From Pseudomonadota bacterium (lineage in GTDB: Bacteria > Pseudomonadota > Gammaproteobacteria > Burkholderiales > Burkholderiaceae): a stretch of 64,000 bases of DNA. The DNA lies in contig JAZKDF010000001.1 in the NCBI GenBank assembly GCA_040387715.1, positions 326,420-390,419 of the forward strand, in the 5' to 3' direction. The notes beneath the pieces were generated by a model. It saw only the letters and a program-made list of their open reading frames with translations. It did not search any database and had not been told where the DNA came from. Both the position numbers and the translations under genes were made by a program. Of this stretch, positions 1 through 10,912 are shown in pieces. Position 1 is the first letter of the stretch. Each line of letters starts with the position of its first letter.

Positions 1-1080
1 GGCGTCCGTTCACAGGTGGCCATCAAGATTTTTGGGGACGATTTAGCCCTCTTGCAAAAGCTGGGCGCGCAGATTAGTCAGGTGCTAGTCAAAATGAAAG
101 GTAGTACTGACTTGCGTATTGAGCAAGCCTCAGGTCAAAACTATCTCAATATTGTAATTAATAGAGATGCTATTGCCCGCTATGGTATTAATGTTGCGGA
201 TGTCAATGAGGTGATTGAAACCGCAATTGGTGGTAAGCAGGCTAGCACTATTTACGAGGGTGAGAGACGCTTTCCTTTGGTGCTTCGCTACCCTAGCCCT
301 TATAGAAATAAAGTGGATGCGATTGAAAACATCATCTTGCATTCACCAGATGGTGCGCAAGTATTGATGCGTGACTTGGCAGAAATTACTTTGGTTGATG
401 GGCCGGCGCAGATTTCTCGTGAGTCTGGCAAACGACGTTTGGTAGTAGGCGTGAACGTAGAAGGCCGAGATCTGGGTGGCTTCGTAGAAGAGGCGCAATC
501 ACGTATAGCGAAAGATGTTGAGTTGCCCCAAGGCTACGCCCTAGAGTGGGGTGGTCAGTTTGAAAATATGCAGCGTGCTATGGCGCGTTTGATGATCATC
601 ATTCCATTAACAATTTTGGCAATTTATTTCTTGCTCTTCATGCTCTTTAAGTCCATGCGTTTGGCGGGCCTCATTATTTTAGTTTTGCCATTTGCTTCGA
701 TTGGTGGCGTATTTGGTTTATTTCTATCTGGTGAGTACTTGTCGGTTCCAGCCGCGGTAGGTTTTATTAATCTCTGGGGTATCGCAGTACTTAATGGCGT
801 GGTGTTGATTTCATTTATCAAGCAACTGCGTGAAGATGGTTACTCAATGGAAGATGCCCTGTTGCATGGCTGTGGTCATCGCTTCAGGCCGGTGATGATG
901 ACTGCATCTGTGGCTATGTTGGCTTTAGTGCCGATGTTATTTTCTGGTGGCCCCGGCTCTGAGGTGACTCGGCCGTTGGCGGCTGTAGTGATTTCGGGAT
1001 TGATTACCTCAACCGCATTAACATTGCTGGTACTCCCTGTCTTATATAGATGGTTTGAAGATAAAGAGGTGGAAGCATGA
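1..1080 (+). CDS. czcA: CusA/CzcA-family heavy-metal RND efflux permease, C-terminal part (5' end outside the window)
   Basis: The frame is open from base 1. Heavy-metal RND C-terminal motifs GFINLWGIAVLNGVV, RFRPVMMTA and RPLAAVVISG are present. Confidence 0.9.
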   Translation, partial: GVRSQVAIKIFGDDLALLQKLGAQISQVLVKMKGSTDLRIEQASGQNYLNIVINRDAIARYGINVADVNEVIETAIGGKQASTIYEGERRFPLVLRYPSPYRNKVDAIENIILHSPDGAQVLMRDLAEITLVDGPAQISRESGKRRLVVGVNVEGRDLGGFVEEAQSRIAKDVELPQGYALEWGGQFENMQRAMARLMIIIPLTILAIYFLLFMLFKSMRLAGLIILVLPFASIGGVFGLFLSGEYLSVPAAVGFINLWGIAVLNGVVLISFIKQLREDGYSMEDALLHGCGHRFRPVMMTASVAMLALVPMLFSGGPGSEVTRPLAAVVISGLITSTALTLLVLPVLYRWFEDKEVEA

Positions 1081-1400
1081 TGGAAGTGAAGGCGGTGATT
1101 CGCCCAAATAAGTTGGCTGCCCTCAGAACAGCTTTGCTAGAGACCCCGGGTTTTCCGGGGATGACGGTGACTAAAGTTGAGGGGTGTAGCGCACCCAATC
1201 GAACAGGCAAGTTCAACATCAAAGATGAGTTAACTGATTACTCTGCAAAAGTGAAGATTGAGATTGTGTGCAACGATGAAGTTGCGGAGGTTTTCATGGA
1301 TCGGATTGTGACTATCTGCCAGACTGGTCAAGTAGGGGATGGTGTGGTTTGGTGCACTGAGGTTCCCAAGGCCTTCTTTATCTCTAAGTCCACGCCATAA
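1077..1400 (+). CDS. P-II-like protein coupled to the RND gene
   Basis: KAVIRP, GMTV..VEG, KVKIEIV and TGQVGDG motifs of the P-II fold. The start overlaps the czcA stop (ATGA). Confidence 0.85.
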   Translation: MMEVKAVIRPNKLAALRTALLETPGFPGMTVTKVEGCSAPNRTGKFNIKDELTDYSAKVKIEIVCNDEVAEVFMDRIVTICQTGQVGDGVVWCTEVPKAFFISKSTP

Positions 1401-1506
1401 ATGAGCATAAATTCAGCATATTTTAATAATTTGCTGGAAATCACAAATTGGTAGAAATTGTTAGAATGTACAGTGCCAAAAAAGGGCTAATTGCATCTAA
1501 CAAGGA

Positions 1507-4410
1507 TTGAATATGGGTGGTATTTCTCAGTGGGAGCAGCTCCATGTTGAGCTGACAGCGGCTCTTGGAAGTTCAGTTCATTTCGATACTGCGCATCAGG
1601 CCGTATACGCCTCGGAAGCCTCAAATTACCGTCAAATTCCGATTGGGGTTGTTACCCCTAGAAATACTGAGGAGTTTGTAAAAGGCATTGAGATCTGCCA
1701 TCGCAATCAGGCGCCGGTCCTCATGCGTGGTGCTGGCACCTCCATGAATGGACAAACAGTGAATAACGCTGTGGTGTTCGATATCTCCAAGTACTGTAAC
1801 CATATCCTTACCCTAGATCCGGCTGCTGGTAATGCTGTTGTTGAGCCGGGAGTCATCTGCGATTCATTGCGCGATGCCGCTGAGCTCCATGGCTTAACTT
1901 TTGCACCAGATCCTTCGACCCATAGCCGCTGCACATTAGGCGGTATGGTTGCCAATAACTCCTGTGGTGCCCATTCGGTGATGGCGGGCAAGACGCTTGA
2001 GAACACCGAGGCTTTAGAAATTCTGACCTATGATGGTGAACGTTTTTGGGTTGGCCCGACATCCGATCAAGAATTACAAGAAATTATTGCCGCTGGTGGA
2101 CGCAAAGGTCAGATCTATCAGGACTTACTGACTCTGCGTGATCGCTATGCGGATTTGATTCGTGCCCGCTTCCCTAATATTAAGCGTCGCGTTTCTGGGT
2201 ATAACCTGGATCAACTCTTGCCTGAGAACGGATTTAACGTGGCTCGGGCCTTAGTGGGTACCGAAGGTACTTGTGCGCTGACTTTGGCGGCCAAGGTAAG
2301 GCTGGTAAAGAGTCCTGCCAAGCGAGTGGTTTTGGTGCTGGGCTTTGAGAATATCTACTTAGCGGGTGATGCTGTCCCCGAATACCAATCTTTTAATCCA
2401 ATCGCGATTGAGGGCTTAGATTACAAAATTATCCGCGGCTTGCAAGAGCGCAATTTGGCTAAAGCAGAAATTGATTTGCTTCCTCCTGGAAATGCTTGGG
2501 TAGTCGTGGAGTTTGGTGATGACACGCTTGAGGGAGCTATAGCTCAGGCTGAAAAAGCGCAGCAATATTTCAAGACAAGAACTAAAGGACCTCAGCCATC
2601 GACATGGTTGGAGCCCGATCCTTTGGTGCAAAAGCGTATCTGGTCTATTCGTGAGAATGGCGCCTCGGCCACACACCTATCGATTGATCCAAATTCTCCA
2701 GATCCAGTGGTGGGTTGGGAAGATGCTGCAGTCGATCCAGCGCGTTTAGGTGAGTATCTACGCGCTTTTCAGGCGCTAGTGGACTCTTATGAATATGAAA
2801 CCTCGCTCTATGGGCACTTTGGGGATGGCTGTATTCATGCACGCATTACTTTTAATTTCCGCTCTGCAGAAGGCGTTGCCAAATTTAGATCTTTTATTCG
2901 CGATGCGGCGACCTTGGTTGTTGAATTCGGTGGCTCACTGACTGGTGAGCATGGCGATGGGCAAGCTAGAGCAGAATTTTTGCCGATTATGTTTGGCGAA
3001 GAGTTGATGGGTGCGATGCATGAGTTCAAGCGCATCTGGGATCCGCAAAATAGGCTCAATCCTGGCAAAGTGGTTCACCCCTATCGCGTAGATGAAAACC
3101 TCCGTATGGGTCCAGAATACAAAGTCGTTAATATCAAAACGCGCCTGAATTTCTTGAGCCAAGAAGGCAATGGATTCCAAAGAGCAGTTGAGCGTTGTGT
3201 GGGTATGGGTAAGTGCCGTAGTGAAAAAGTTGGCACGATGTGTCCAAGCTATCGCGCCACTAAAGAAGAGCGCTTCTCCACTCGTGGACGTTCGAGACTT
3301 TTCTGGGAGATGATTCAAGGTGAAGTAGTGAAAGATGGCTGGGAAAGCAAGGAGCTTAAAGAGGCTCTGGATACGTGCCTCTCCTGTAAGGGCTGCAAGA
3401 GTGACTGCCCCGCTCACGTTGATATGGCTTCCTATAAGGCTGAGTTCTTATCTCACTATCACGAGACTAATGGCAGGCCGCGCCAGGCGCTCACTATGGG
3501 CCGTATTGGTGACTGGGCACCGTTGGCAAGTAAGTTCTCTTGGCTGATTAATGCGGTAATGCAGACGCCTGTGATCTCCAGTGTTGCCAAGTGGGTTGGC
3601 GGTGTTGCGCAAGAGCGCAGCTTACCCAAGTTTGCAAACCAATCTTTCAGAAAGCAATTTCAGAAATCAAAGGCTGCAAGTATTGGTCAGAAGAAGGTCA
3701 TTCTCTGGGTAGATACTTTCTGCGAGCACTTTCATCCTGAGGTCGCTAATGCGGCAGTAGAAGTTCTGGCGCATGCAGGCTTTGAGGCAACTTTGCCAAA
3801 GACACCTTTATGCTGTGGCCGTCCTTTGTACGATTTTGGCTACTTGGATCTGGCCAAGCAAAAACTCGAGAAAATTCTCGATGCGATCGGCACTGAGATT
3901 AAGGCAAATCCCAATGCACCTATTGCAGTAGTAGGTCTTGAGCCTGGCTGTATGTCGGTATTTAAAGATGAGTTGCTAAAGTTTTTCCCTCATGATCCAA
4001 GAGCCCAGCTCTTAGCTTCGAGCACGTATTTGCTGGGGGATTTCTTGCACGAACAGGGTTACACGCCACCACCTTTGGACTGTAATATCTTGGTGCACTC
4101 GCATTGCCATCAGAAATCTCTCTTTGGTACCAAAGGTGATGTGGCGTTGTTAGCGGCTTTGGGCGCTAAGGCGAACTATATTGATAGCGGTTGCTGCGGC
4201 ATGGCAGGCTCATTTGGATTTAACCCTGAGCATATAGAAATATCTAAAGCGGTTGGGGAGTTGGTATTACTTCCGGCTATCCGAGCTGCCGATCAAGAAA
4301 CAATTATTCTCACCAACGGGTTTAGTTGCCGAGAGCAGATCGAACAAGAAACTGGTCGCAAGGTGAAGCATTTAGCTGAGCTTTTGCAGATGGCGCATCA
4401 GGCAAAGTAA
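1507..4410 (+). CDS. FAD-binding/4Fe-4S oxidoreductase (GlcD-GlcF/YdiJ-like fusion; D-2-hydroxyacid dehydrogenase family)
   Basis: FAD_binding_4 motif (RGAGTS), GHFGDGCIH, GEHGDG, CxxCxxCxxxC ferredoxin motif, and CCG domains. Confidence 0.9.
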   Translation: MNMGGISQWEQLHVELTAALGSSVHFDTAHQAVYASEASNYRQIPIGVVTPRNTEEFVKGIEICHRNQAPVLMRGAGTSMNGQTVNNAVVFDISKYCNHILTLDPAAGNAVVEPGVICDSLRDAAELHGLTFAPDPSTHSRCTLGGMVANNSCGAHSVMAGKTLENTEALEILTYDGERFWVGPTSDQELQEIIAAGGRKGQIYQDLLTLRDRYADLIRARFPNIKRRVSGYNLDQLLPENGFNVARALVGTEGTCALTLAAKVRLVKSPAKRVVLVLGFENIYLAGDAVPEYQSFNPIAIEGLDYKIIRGLQERNLAKAEIDLLPPGNAWVVVEFGDDTLEGAIAQAEKAQQYFKTRTKGPQPSTWLEPDPLVQKRIWSIRENGASATHLSIDPNSPDPVVGWEDAAVDPARLGEYLRAFQALVDSYEYETSLYGHFGDGCIHARITFNFRSAEGVAKFRSFIRDAATLVVEFGGSLTGEHGDGQARAEFLPIMFGEELMGAMHEFKRIWDPQNRLNPGKVVHPYRVDENLRMGPEYKVVNIKTRLNFLSQEGNGFQRAVERCVGMGKCRSEKVGTMCPSYRATKEERFSTRGRSRLFWEMIQGEVVKDGWESKELKEALDTCLSCKGCKSDCPAHVDMASYKAEFLSHYHETNGRPRQALTMGRIGDWAPLASKFSWLINAVMQTPVISSVAKWVGGVAQERSLPKFANQSFRKQFQKSKAASIGQKKVILWVDTFCEHFHPEVANAAVEVLAHAGFEATLPKTPLCCGRPLYDFGYLDLAKQKLEKILDAIGTEIKANPNAPIAVVGLEPGCMSVFKDELLKFFPHDPRAQLLASSTYLLGDFLHEQGYTPPPLDCNILVHSHCHQKSLFGTKGDVALLAALGAKANYIDSGCCGMAGSFGFNPEHIEISKAVGELVLLPAIRAADQETIILTNGFSCREQIEQETGRKVKHLAELLQMAHQAK

Positions 4411-4430
4411 CAAATTTATTAATTAAGATC

Positions 4431-4464
4431 AAAAATCCTCCGAGAGCGTGTTCGGGGGATTTTT
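4431..4464. terminator. Intrinsic terminator, probably bidirectional
   Basis: AAAAATCCTCCGA...TCGGGGGATTTTT hairpin just after the stop at 4410. Confidence 0.75.
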
Positions 4465-4580
4465 TATTTGCACCGCCCAATTAAACGTGTTGGCAATATG
4501 GGAATCTCGATATTGAGTGTTTTGCTCTCTCTAGAGCGTAATATGTAATTTAGTTAATTACGTTACTTTCTGGAGCGCCT

Positions 4581-5855
4581 ATGAGTCATGAAATTGCATC
4601 TTACTTAGACCCTAAAAATCTTGGTGCTTGGGGCACTTACCTCGAACAGATTGATCGTGTAACCCCTTATCTAGGACCTCTTACGCGCTGGGTCGAGACT
4701 CTAAAACGACCAAAGCGATCCTTAATTGTGGATGTACCTATCGAGCTGGATAACGGCACCATTGCACATTTTGAAGGATATCGAGTTCACCACAATTTAT
4801 CTCGGGGTCCAGGTAAGGGTGGTATCCGCTTTCATCCGGATGTCACACTCTCTGAGGTCACCGCTTTATCAGCATGGATGTCGATAAAAACCGCAGTTGT
4901 GAACGTCCCATTTGGTGGTGCAAAAGGAGGAATTCGCGTTGACCCTAAAAAGCTATCGAACTCTGAGCTTGAGAGAATGACCCGACGTTTTACTAGTGAG
5001 ATCAATATGATGATTGGTCCTCAAAAAGACATTCCAGCGCCTGACGTCAATACCAACGAGCAAATCATGGCGTGGATGATGGATACCTATTGCGTTAATC
5101 AGGGCTATACGACCTCAGGCGTTGTCACTGGCAAGCCAATTTCACTTGGCGGAAGTTTAGGAAGAAGGGATGCGACTGGTCGAGGTGTTTTTGTGGTGGC
5201 AAGAGAGGCTTATGGACAGATGAACCGTCAGCTCTCTGGAGCGCGGATCGCGATTCAGGGTCTGGGTAATGTTGGCGGTCATGCGGCGCGTCTGTTTGCC
5301 CAGGCTGGCGCTAAGGTGGTGGCAATTCAAGATCACTCTGGTGCTTTGTACAACCCTAATGGTTTTGATATAGAGGCTTTGCTTCACCATGTCTCGCTTG
5401 CCCATGAGATCAATGGTTTTCCTGGTGAGGCCATTACCAGTCAACAATTTTGGTCATCACCCTGCGATATTTTGATACCTGCCGCATTGGAGTCTCAAAT
5501 AACTCCTGCTAACGCTGCGAGTATTCAGGCCAAATTAATTGTAGAGGGTGCTAATGGACCTACGACGCCAGAAGCTGATGACATCTTGAGGGATATGAAT
5601 ATTACCGTTGTCCCTGATGTGATTGCTAATGCCGGTGGAGTAACTGTGAGTTACTTTGAGTGGGTGCAAGATTTCTCTAGTTTCTTCTGGACTGAGGAGG
5701 AAATTAATAATCGTCTAGATATCTTGATGGTCGATGCATTCAAAGGAATTTGTGATGTAGCCAAGAAGCATGGTGTTAGCTTGAGAACCGCTACCTTTAT
5801 TGTCGGGTGCGAACGTATTCTGAAGGCTCGACAGATGCGAGGTTTGTATCCTTGA
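4581..5855 (+). CDS. gdhA: Glu/Leu/Phe/Val dehydrogenase (glutamate dehydrogenase)
   Basis: [27 protein letters not shown] and [13 protein letters not shown] motifs. Confidence 0.93.
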   Translation: MSHEIASYLDPKNLGAWGTYLEQIDRVTPYLGPLTRWVETLKRPKRSLIVDVPIELDNGTIAHFEGYRVHHNLSRGPGKGGIRFHPDVTLSEVTALSAWMSIKTAVVNVPFGGAKGGIRVDPKKLSNSELERMTRRFTSEINMMIGPQKDIPAPDVNTNEQIMAWMMDTYCVNQGYTTSGVVTGKPISLGGSLGRRDATGRGVFVVAREAYGQMNRQLSGARIAIQGLGNVGGHAARLFAQAGAKVVAIQDHSGALYNPNGFDIEALLHHVSLAHEINGFPGEAITSQQFWSSPCDILIPAALESQITPANAASIQAKLIVEGANGPTTPEADDILRDMNITVVPDVIANAGGVTVSYFEWVQDFSSFFWTEEEINNRLDILMVDAFKGICDVAKKHGVSLRTATFIVGCERILKARQMRGLYP

Positions 5856-5885
5856 TTCATCGTCAGCGACTGACTTGCTTGAAAT

Positions 5886-5917
5886 GAAAAAAGCCCCGAA
5901 TCTCTCGGGGCTTTTCT
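5886..5917. terminator. Bidirectional terminator between convergent gdhA and ahpF
   Basis: AAAAAAGCCCCGA-ATCTC-TCGGGGCTTTT hairpin. Confidence 0.75.
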
Positions 5918-5940
5918 ACATTCAGAGTGCTTTGAAGATC

Positions 5941-7485
5941 TTATGACCGAATTAAATAGTCAAATGCTGAGAGGGAAGCCTTGGCACCTTCACCCATGGC
6001 AATGATGATTTGCTTATAAGGTACTGTAGTGCAGTCTCCAGCAGCAAATACGCCTGGCATGGAAGTCTCGCCCTTGGCGTCAATCATGATTTCGCCGCGA
6101 GGGGATAATTCAATGACATCCTTTAACCAATCTGTATTGGGCAGCAAACCAATCTGCACAAAGATGCCTTCAAGTGCAATGTCATGCATCTGCTTATTGG
6201 CACGATCTTCGTATCTCAAGGTAGTCACTTTCCCATCGGCACCCAGAACTTCTTTGCTCAAAGCGTTCGTGATGATGGTGACGTTAGGCATGCTATTCAA
6301 TTTCTTTTGCAGGACCGCATCCGCACGCAACTTCGTATCGAATTCAACCAAGGTGACATGGCTCACGATGCCCGCCAAATCAATAGCAGCTTCAACCCCA
6401 GAGTTCCCTCCGCCGATGACTGCAACGCGCTTACCTTTGTAGAGGGGGCCATCGCAGTGCGGGCAGTAGGCGACACCTTTGCCGCGGTATTCTTGCTCGC
6501 CAGGTACATTCATTTCACGCCAGCGCGCACCGGTGCTCAGAATGACTGTCTTGCTTTTCAGGACTGCACCATTTTCTAGGGTGATGGCAATTTCGTCGCC
6601 AGTCTTACTTAAACTCTTAGCGGTTTGCAGGTTCATGACATCAACTTCATATTCCTTCACGTGCTGTTCCAGCGCCATTACCAGCTTAGGCCCCTCTGTT
6701 TCTTTAACGGAAATGAAGTTCTCAATACCGACGGTATCAGCAACTTGACCGCCAAAGCGTTGAGCTACAACACCAGTTCTAATGCCCTTTCTGGCCGAGT
6801 AGATTGCTGCCGATGCGCCTGCTGGACCACCACCAATGATAAGGGAGTCATAGGCAGGTTTAGCGCTCAATTTTTCCGCATCACGAGCTGAAGAGTTGGT
6901 ATCCAGTTTGGCGGCAATTTCTTCAACGCTCATACGACCTTGGCCAAAAACTTCGCCATTCAAAATCACGGTAGGTACAGCCATGATTTGATATTGATCT
7001 ACCAAGCCTTGGAATAGGGCGCCATCAATCATTTCATGCTCGATCTCTGGATTGAGGGCGGCCATGAGGTTCAAGGCCTGCACGACGTCTGGGCAGTTAT
7101 GGCATGACAGAGAAATAAATGTCTGAAAATGCTTCTTACCCTCTAAACCTTTAATGCTGTCAATCACATCTTGCTCAACTTTGGGTGGATAGCCACTAGT
7201 TTGCAAGATGGCCAAGATGAAAGAGGTCATCTCATGACCCATGGGCAAGCCAGAGAATGTAATGCGGGCAACTTCATCTGCCTTGGCCACGGTAAAGCTA
7301 GGAATGTTTTTACTGCTACCAGATGTCTTTACGGTGATCTTGCCGGATTGCTCAGCAACTTCATTCAATAGTTCGAGCATCTGCGCTGACTGGGAGCTGT
7401 CATCCAAAGTGGCTTCTAAAACAATGGGACTCTCAATTTTTTCAAAATAAGCCTTGAGCTGGGTCTTGATGTTTGTATCTAACAT
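5941..7485 (-). CDS. ahpF: Alkyl hydroperoxide reductase subunit F
   Basis: CHNC and CPHC redox motifs, GGGPAG and GGGNSG nucleotide-binding motifs, 514 aa. Confidence 0.97.
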   Translation of the reverse strand: MLDTNIKTQLKAYFEKIESPIVLEATLDDSSQSAQMLELLNEVAEQSGKITVKTSGSSKNIPSFTVAKADEVARITFSGLPMGHEMTSFILAILQTSGYPPKVEQDVIDSIKGLEGKKHFQTFISLSCHNCPDVVQALNLMAALNPEIEHEMIDGALFQGLVDQYQIMAVPTVILNGEVFGQGRMSVEEIAAKLDTNSSARDAEKLSAKPAYDSLIIGGGPAGASAAIYSARKGIRTGVVAQRFGGQVADTVGIENFISVKETEGPKLVMALEQHVKEYEVDVMNLQTAKSLSKTGDEIAITLENGAVLKSKTVILSTGARWREMNVPGEQEYRGKGVAYCPHCDGPLYKGKRVAVIGGGNSGVEAAIDLAGIVSHVTLVEFDTKLRADAVLQKKLNSMPNVTIITNALSKEVLGADGKVTTLRYEDRANKQMHDIALEGIFVQIGLLPNTDWLKDVIELSPRGEIMIDAKGETSMPGVFAAGDCTTVPYKQIIIAMGEGAKASLSAFDYLIRS

Positions 7486-7605
7486 GATGTATTCCTAGGT
7501 ATTCAGTCCTGATGAGTCTATTGGGCAGGGCTACTGCGTCTCATCCTGCCCAATAGACTCTCCGAAGAGAGTCTATTGATTGCTAATGACTATTAATGTT
7601 GATTC

Positions 7606-8169
7606 TTAGATCTTGCCTACGAGATCTAAAGATGGAGTCAATGTAGCTGCGCCTTCTTTCCACTTCGCTGGGCAAACTTCACCTGGATGTGCGGCTGTGT
7701 ATTGAGCTGCTTTGAGCTTACGCAATGTCTCAGAGATGTCGCGAGCGATTTCATTTGAGTGAACTTCAGCTGTCTTGATGATGCCTTCAGGATTGATGAT
7801 GAATGTGCCGCGCAATGCGAGACCTTCTTCTTCAATGTGAACACCAAAACCACGTGTCAATGTATGAGTTGGATCGCCAACCAATGGGAACTTGGCCTTA
7901 CCTACAGCCGGTGAAGTCTCATGCCATACTTTGTGTGAAAAGTGAGTATCGGTAGTGATGATGTATACCTCTGCACCCATCTTCTGGAATTCAGCATAGT
8001 TATCAGCTGCATCTTCAATTTCTGTAGGGCAGTTAAATGTGAATGCTGCAGGCATGAAAATCAATACTGACCATTTGCCTTTGAGGGTCTCGTCAGAAAC
8101 AGTGACAAACTTGCCGTTATGGAAGGCTTGAGTCTTAAATGGTGGAACTGGTGTGTTGATTAATGACAT
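7606..8169 (-). CDS. ahpC: Alkyl hydroperoxide reductase subunit C (2-Cys peroxiredoxin)
   Basis: FTFNCPTE and GEVCPAKW motifs. Start placed at MSLINT, after an AGGAGA RBS. Confidence 0.97.
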   Translation of the reverse strand: MSLINTPVPPFKTQAFHNGKFVTVSDETLKGKWSVLIFMPAAFTFNCPTEIEDAADNYAEFQKMGAEVYIITTDTHFSHKVWHETSPAVGKAKFPLVGDPTHTLTRGFGVHIEEEGLALRGTFIINPEGIIKTAEVHSNEIARDISETLRKLKAAQYTAAHPGEVCPAKWKEGAATLTPSLDLVGKI

Positions 8170-8253
8170 AGGATTCTCCTGTAAAAAATGAAATAGTTGA
8201 TGCACAACAGGAGTAATTCTAGGCCTTATTTATTTATTTGCATAATGAATAAT

Positions 8254-8290
8254 TTAGATATTACTTATCTATTAATTAGATAAATAAAGT
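8254..8290. promoter_or_regulatory. OxyR-like operator upstream of ahpC
   Basis: TTAG-atattac-TTAT-N7-TTAG-ataaata-AAGT resembles ATAG-N7-CTAT-N7-ATAG-N7-CTAT, and the position is the expected one. Confidence 0.5.
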
Positions 8291-8402
8291 TGGGTAGATT
8301 CATGCTCTGGATTACTTCGGCACCTATTTTTTTCTGCCGGGAGTGTTGTTTCATGCTAACTTGAGAATACTCAACCGATTGAATGCTTAGATTGCTTCAT
8401 TT

Positions 8403-9674
8403 ATGAAAATTCGTAGTATCTGGAAACGCATCAAAGCCCATCCACTGGCGCGTGTTGGCCCGGGATTGGTGACTGGCGTTGCGGATGATGATCCGAGTGG
8501 AATTGTTACTTACTCTCAAGCTGGTGCTCAATTTGGGTTCAATATGCTTTGGACTATGCCGATTGCATACCCACTCATGTCAGCCATTCAAATTTTGTGC
8601 GCGCGCATTGGTAGGGTGACCGGGCACGGTCTAGCCTCAAACATTAAAACTACCTTTCCCCCTGCGGCGCTTTTTGCCTTGGTATCGCTATTACTCATTG
8701 CCAATGTTTTGAATATTGCCGCTGATATTGCTGCCATGGGTGAGGTCGCTGAACTCGTGACTGGTATTAATTGGCATGTCATGACTGTCGTTTTTGTCCT
8801 GATTACACTCGTCTTGCAAATACTAGTGCCATACCATCGCTATGTGTTTTTTCTAAGATGGTTAACCCTGTCTTTATTGGCCTATGCGGCGGTTTTATTT
8901 ACGGTGCATGTTCCTTGGGGTGAAGTTCTCTGGAGCACTATGTTTCCAAAGTTCACATTGAGCTCTGAAGCCGCTGCCGTGATTGTAGGAATTTTTGGTA
9001 CAACCATTAGCCCCTATTTATTTTTTTGGCAGGCCTCTCAAGAGGTCGAAGAGATGAAGAGTCGTCATCAGGTTGATTTGCTTTCAGAGGATAAGGCAAC
9101 CGTCAAGTCAGAGTTGCGTCGTATGCAATGGGATACCTGGAGCGGTATGTTGTATTCCAATGTGGCGGCTTACTGCATTATTTTGGCTACCGCCGTGACC
9201 TTGCATGCCGCTGGAATCACGGATATCAATACGGCCTCCCAGGCGGCATCGGCGCTTAAGCCTCTAGCGGGAAATTTTGCCTACCTCTTATTCTCTTTGG
9301 GGATTTTAGGCGTGGGTTTAATGGGTGTTCCAGTTTTAGCTGGCTCCGCCGCTTACGCTTTATCTGAAGTATTTGGCTGGCCAGCAAGCCTGGAGGAGAC
9401 CCCGTCGCATGCAGTCAGGTTTTATACGGTCATTGCTCTAAGCGTATTGGGTGCGCTGGTGATTCAGTACTCTCCAATCAGCCCCATGAAGGCATTGTTT
9501 TGGAGTGCGGTAATTAACGGCGTAGTTGCTGTACCTTTGATGGTGGCGATTCTTGTTCTGGCTTCCAAGTCCTCTGTCATGGGGCCTCACACCGCGGGAA
9601 AGACCTTGTTATTTTTTGGCTGGTTTGCTACGGCTTTGATGGCGCTCGCGGCGATACTCATGTTCTTAGGTTAG
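8403..9674 (+). CDS. NRAMP/SLC11-related divalent cation transporter
   Basis: Polytopic membrane protein with DDDPSGIxTYSQAGAQFG and GTTISPYLFFWQ motifs. Confidence 0.85.
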   Translation: MKIRSIWKRIKAHPLARVGPGLVTGVADDDPSGIVTYSQAGAQFGFNMLWTMPIAYPLMSAIQILCARIGRVTGHGLASNIKTTFPPAALFALVSLLLIANVLNIAADIAAMGEVAELVTGINWHVMTVVFVLITLVLQILVPYHRYVFFLRWLTLSLLAYAAVLFTVHVPWGEVLWSTMFPKFTLSSEAAAVIVGIFGTTISPYLFFWQASQEVEEMKSRHQVDLLSEDKATVKSELRRMQWDTWSGMLYSNVAAYCIILATAVTLHAAGITDINTASQAASALKPLAGNFAYLLFSLGILGVGLMGVPVLAGSAAYALSEVFGWPASLEETPSHAVRFYTVIALSVLGALVIQYSPISPMKALFWSAVINGVVAVPLMVAILVLASKSSVMGPHTAGKTLLFFGWFATALMALAAILMFLG

Positions 9675-9680
9675 TTGCCA

Positions 9681-10289
9681 ATGATCCCAATTTTGTATTC
9701 ATATCGAAGATGTCCCTATGCTATGCGGGCTCGCATGGCATTGAAATACGCTGGCATTCAGGTTGAGCACAGAGAGATAGCATTAAGAAATAAGCCGCAA
9801 TCCATGTTGCTTGCTTCGCCCAAAGGAACTGTTCCGGTCCTGTGTGTTGATGGCCTCGTCCTCGATCAGAGTCTAGATATCATGCATTGGGCATTGGGGG
9901 TCTCTGATCCAGACGGCTGGAGGGATATCGATCCAAAATTCTCTCAAGTATGGATCGAAAAAAACGATGGCCCATTTAAGCTGCTGTTAGACCAATATAA
10001 ATACCCCAATCGATTTCCAGATCTAAGTCAAAAGGAGGTCCTAACTGATGTCATAGAGATCATGTTTAGCCCAATGGAGTCGACTCTTCGATCTAGCCAG
10101 CATCTAATGGGAAATAAGATATCTTGGGTGGATGTGGCTATCTTTCCATTTATTCGACAGTTTGCCGCAGTCAATCCAAAAAGGTTTGAGGAGTTACCAT
10201 TCCCCTCTGTCAGGAAGTGGCTAAATCAACACCTTGAGTCTGAATTATTGAATGCAGCGATGGATAAGCATCCAACTTGGATCGATTAA
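9681..10289 (+). CDS. Glutathione S-transferase family protein
   Basis: YSYRRCPYAMRARMAL, SPKGTVPVL and DQSLDI motifs. Confidence 0.9.
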   Translation: MIPILYSYRRCPYAMRARMALKYAGIQVEHREIALRNKPQSMLLASPKGTVPVLCVDGLVLDQSLDIMHWALGVSDPDGWRDIDPKFSQVWIEKNDGPFKLLLDQYKYPNRFPDLSQKEVLTDVIEIMFSPMESTLRSSQHLMGNKISWVDVAIFPFIRQFAAVNPKRFEELPFPSVRKWLNQHLESELLNAAMDKHPTWID

Positions 10290-10353
10290 GCCTCCAATAA
10301 GAGTGGCGGCCGAGAAAATAAAAAAGCCCTGCAGAAGCGAGGCTTAGTAATTT

Positions 10354-10398
10354 GGGTGGGTTGGATAAGATGCTAACTTGCGACCAACGCATTAAAAA
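10354..10398 (-). repeat. att-like copy 1 of the tRNA-Lys 3' half (most degenerate)
   Basis: 35/45 identity to 50320-50364. Adjacent hairpin at 10321-10345. Confidence 0.75.
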
Positions 10399-10402
10399 GT
10401 AA

Positions 10403-10801
10403 TTAATATTTTTCAATATCCCTGAGCTTTCCTAGTTTGTTAGTTCTCAAATCCACAGCAAGCTCATGAACCATTTGAGCAGCATTTGATGATTTCTTTG
10501 CTCCCTCAATTAATTCTAAATTATTGGTGAATATCGCGGACTGCTCTGTTAGCAGGGTGGCCTCTACTGCAAGTCTAGCGAAGTCTTCAACGCGTGATGC
10601 CTCCTCAATCAGCTCCTTCGAGTTTTCTATTGATAATGCGGTAAGCCTATTTAATCTTTCATTAGCAATAATGTATGCCTGCTGCAGATTGCCGATTTCT
10701 TTGCTCATTACGACAACTCTATCTAGTAGGCCTTGCGTATATGAATCTAATCTTTCCCCAGTCATAAGATCCCTTACATATCGTTTTTTAGCGCTTTCCA
10801 A
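10403..10801 (-). CDS. Hypothetical, probably helical/coiled-coil protein
   Basis: 132-aa ORF with no recognised motif. Confidence 0.5.
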   Translation of the reverse strand: MESAKKRYVRDLMTGERLDSYTQGLLDRVVVMSKEIGNLQQAYIIANERLNRLTALSIENSKELIEEASRVEDFARLAVEATLLTEQSAIFTNNLELIEGAKKSSNAAQMVHELAVDLRTNKLGKLRDIEKY

Positions 10802-10912
10802 ACTTAATGGATGGGGCTAATTTGCATTCAGCATCCTTAAATCGCTATAGCAGCCAAATTGCTGCGCTGCACTTACTTATAAATACTATATTCATAATTC
10901 CCATACTAATAT

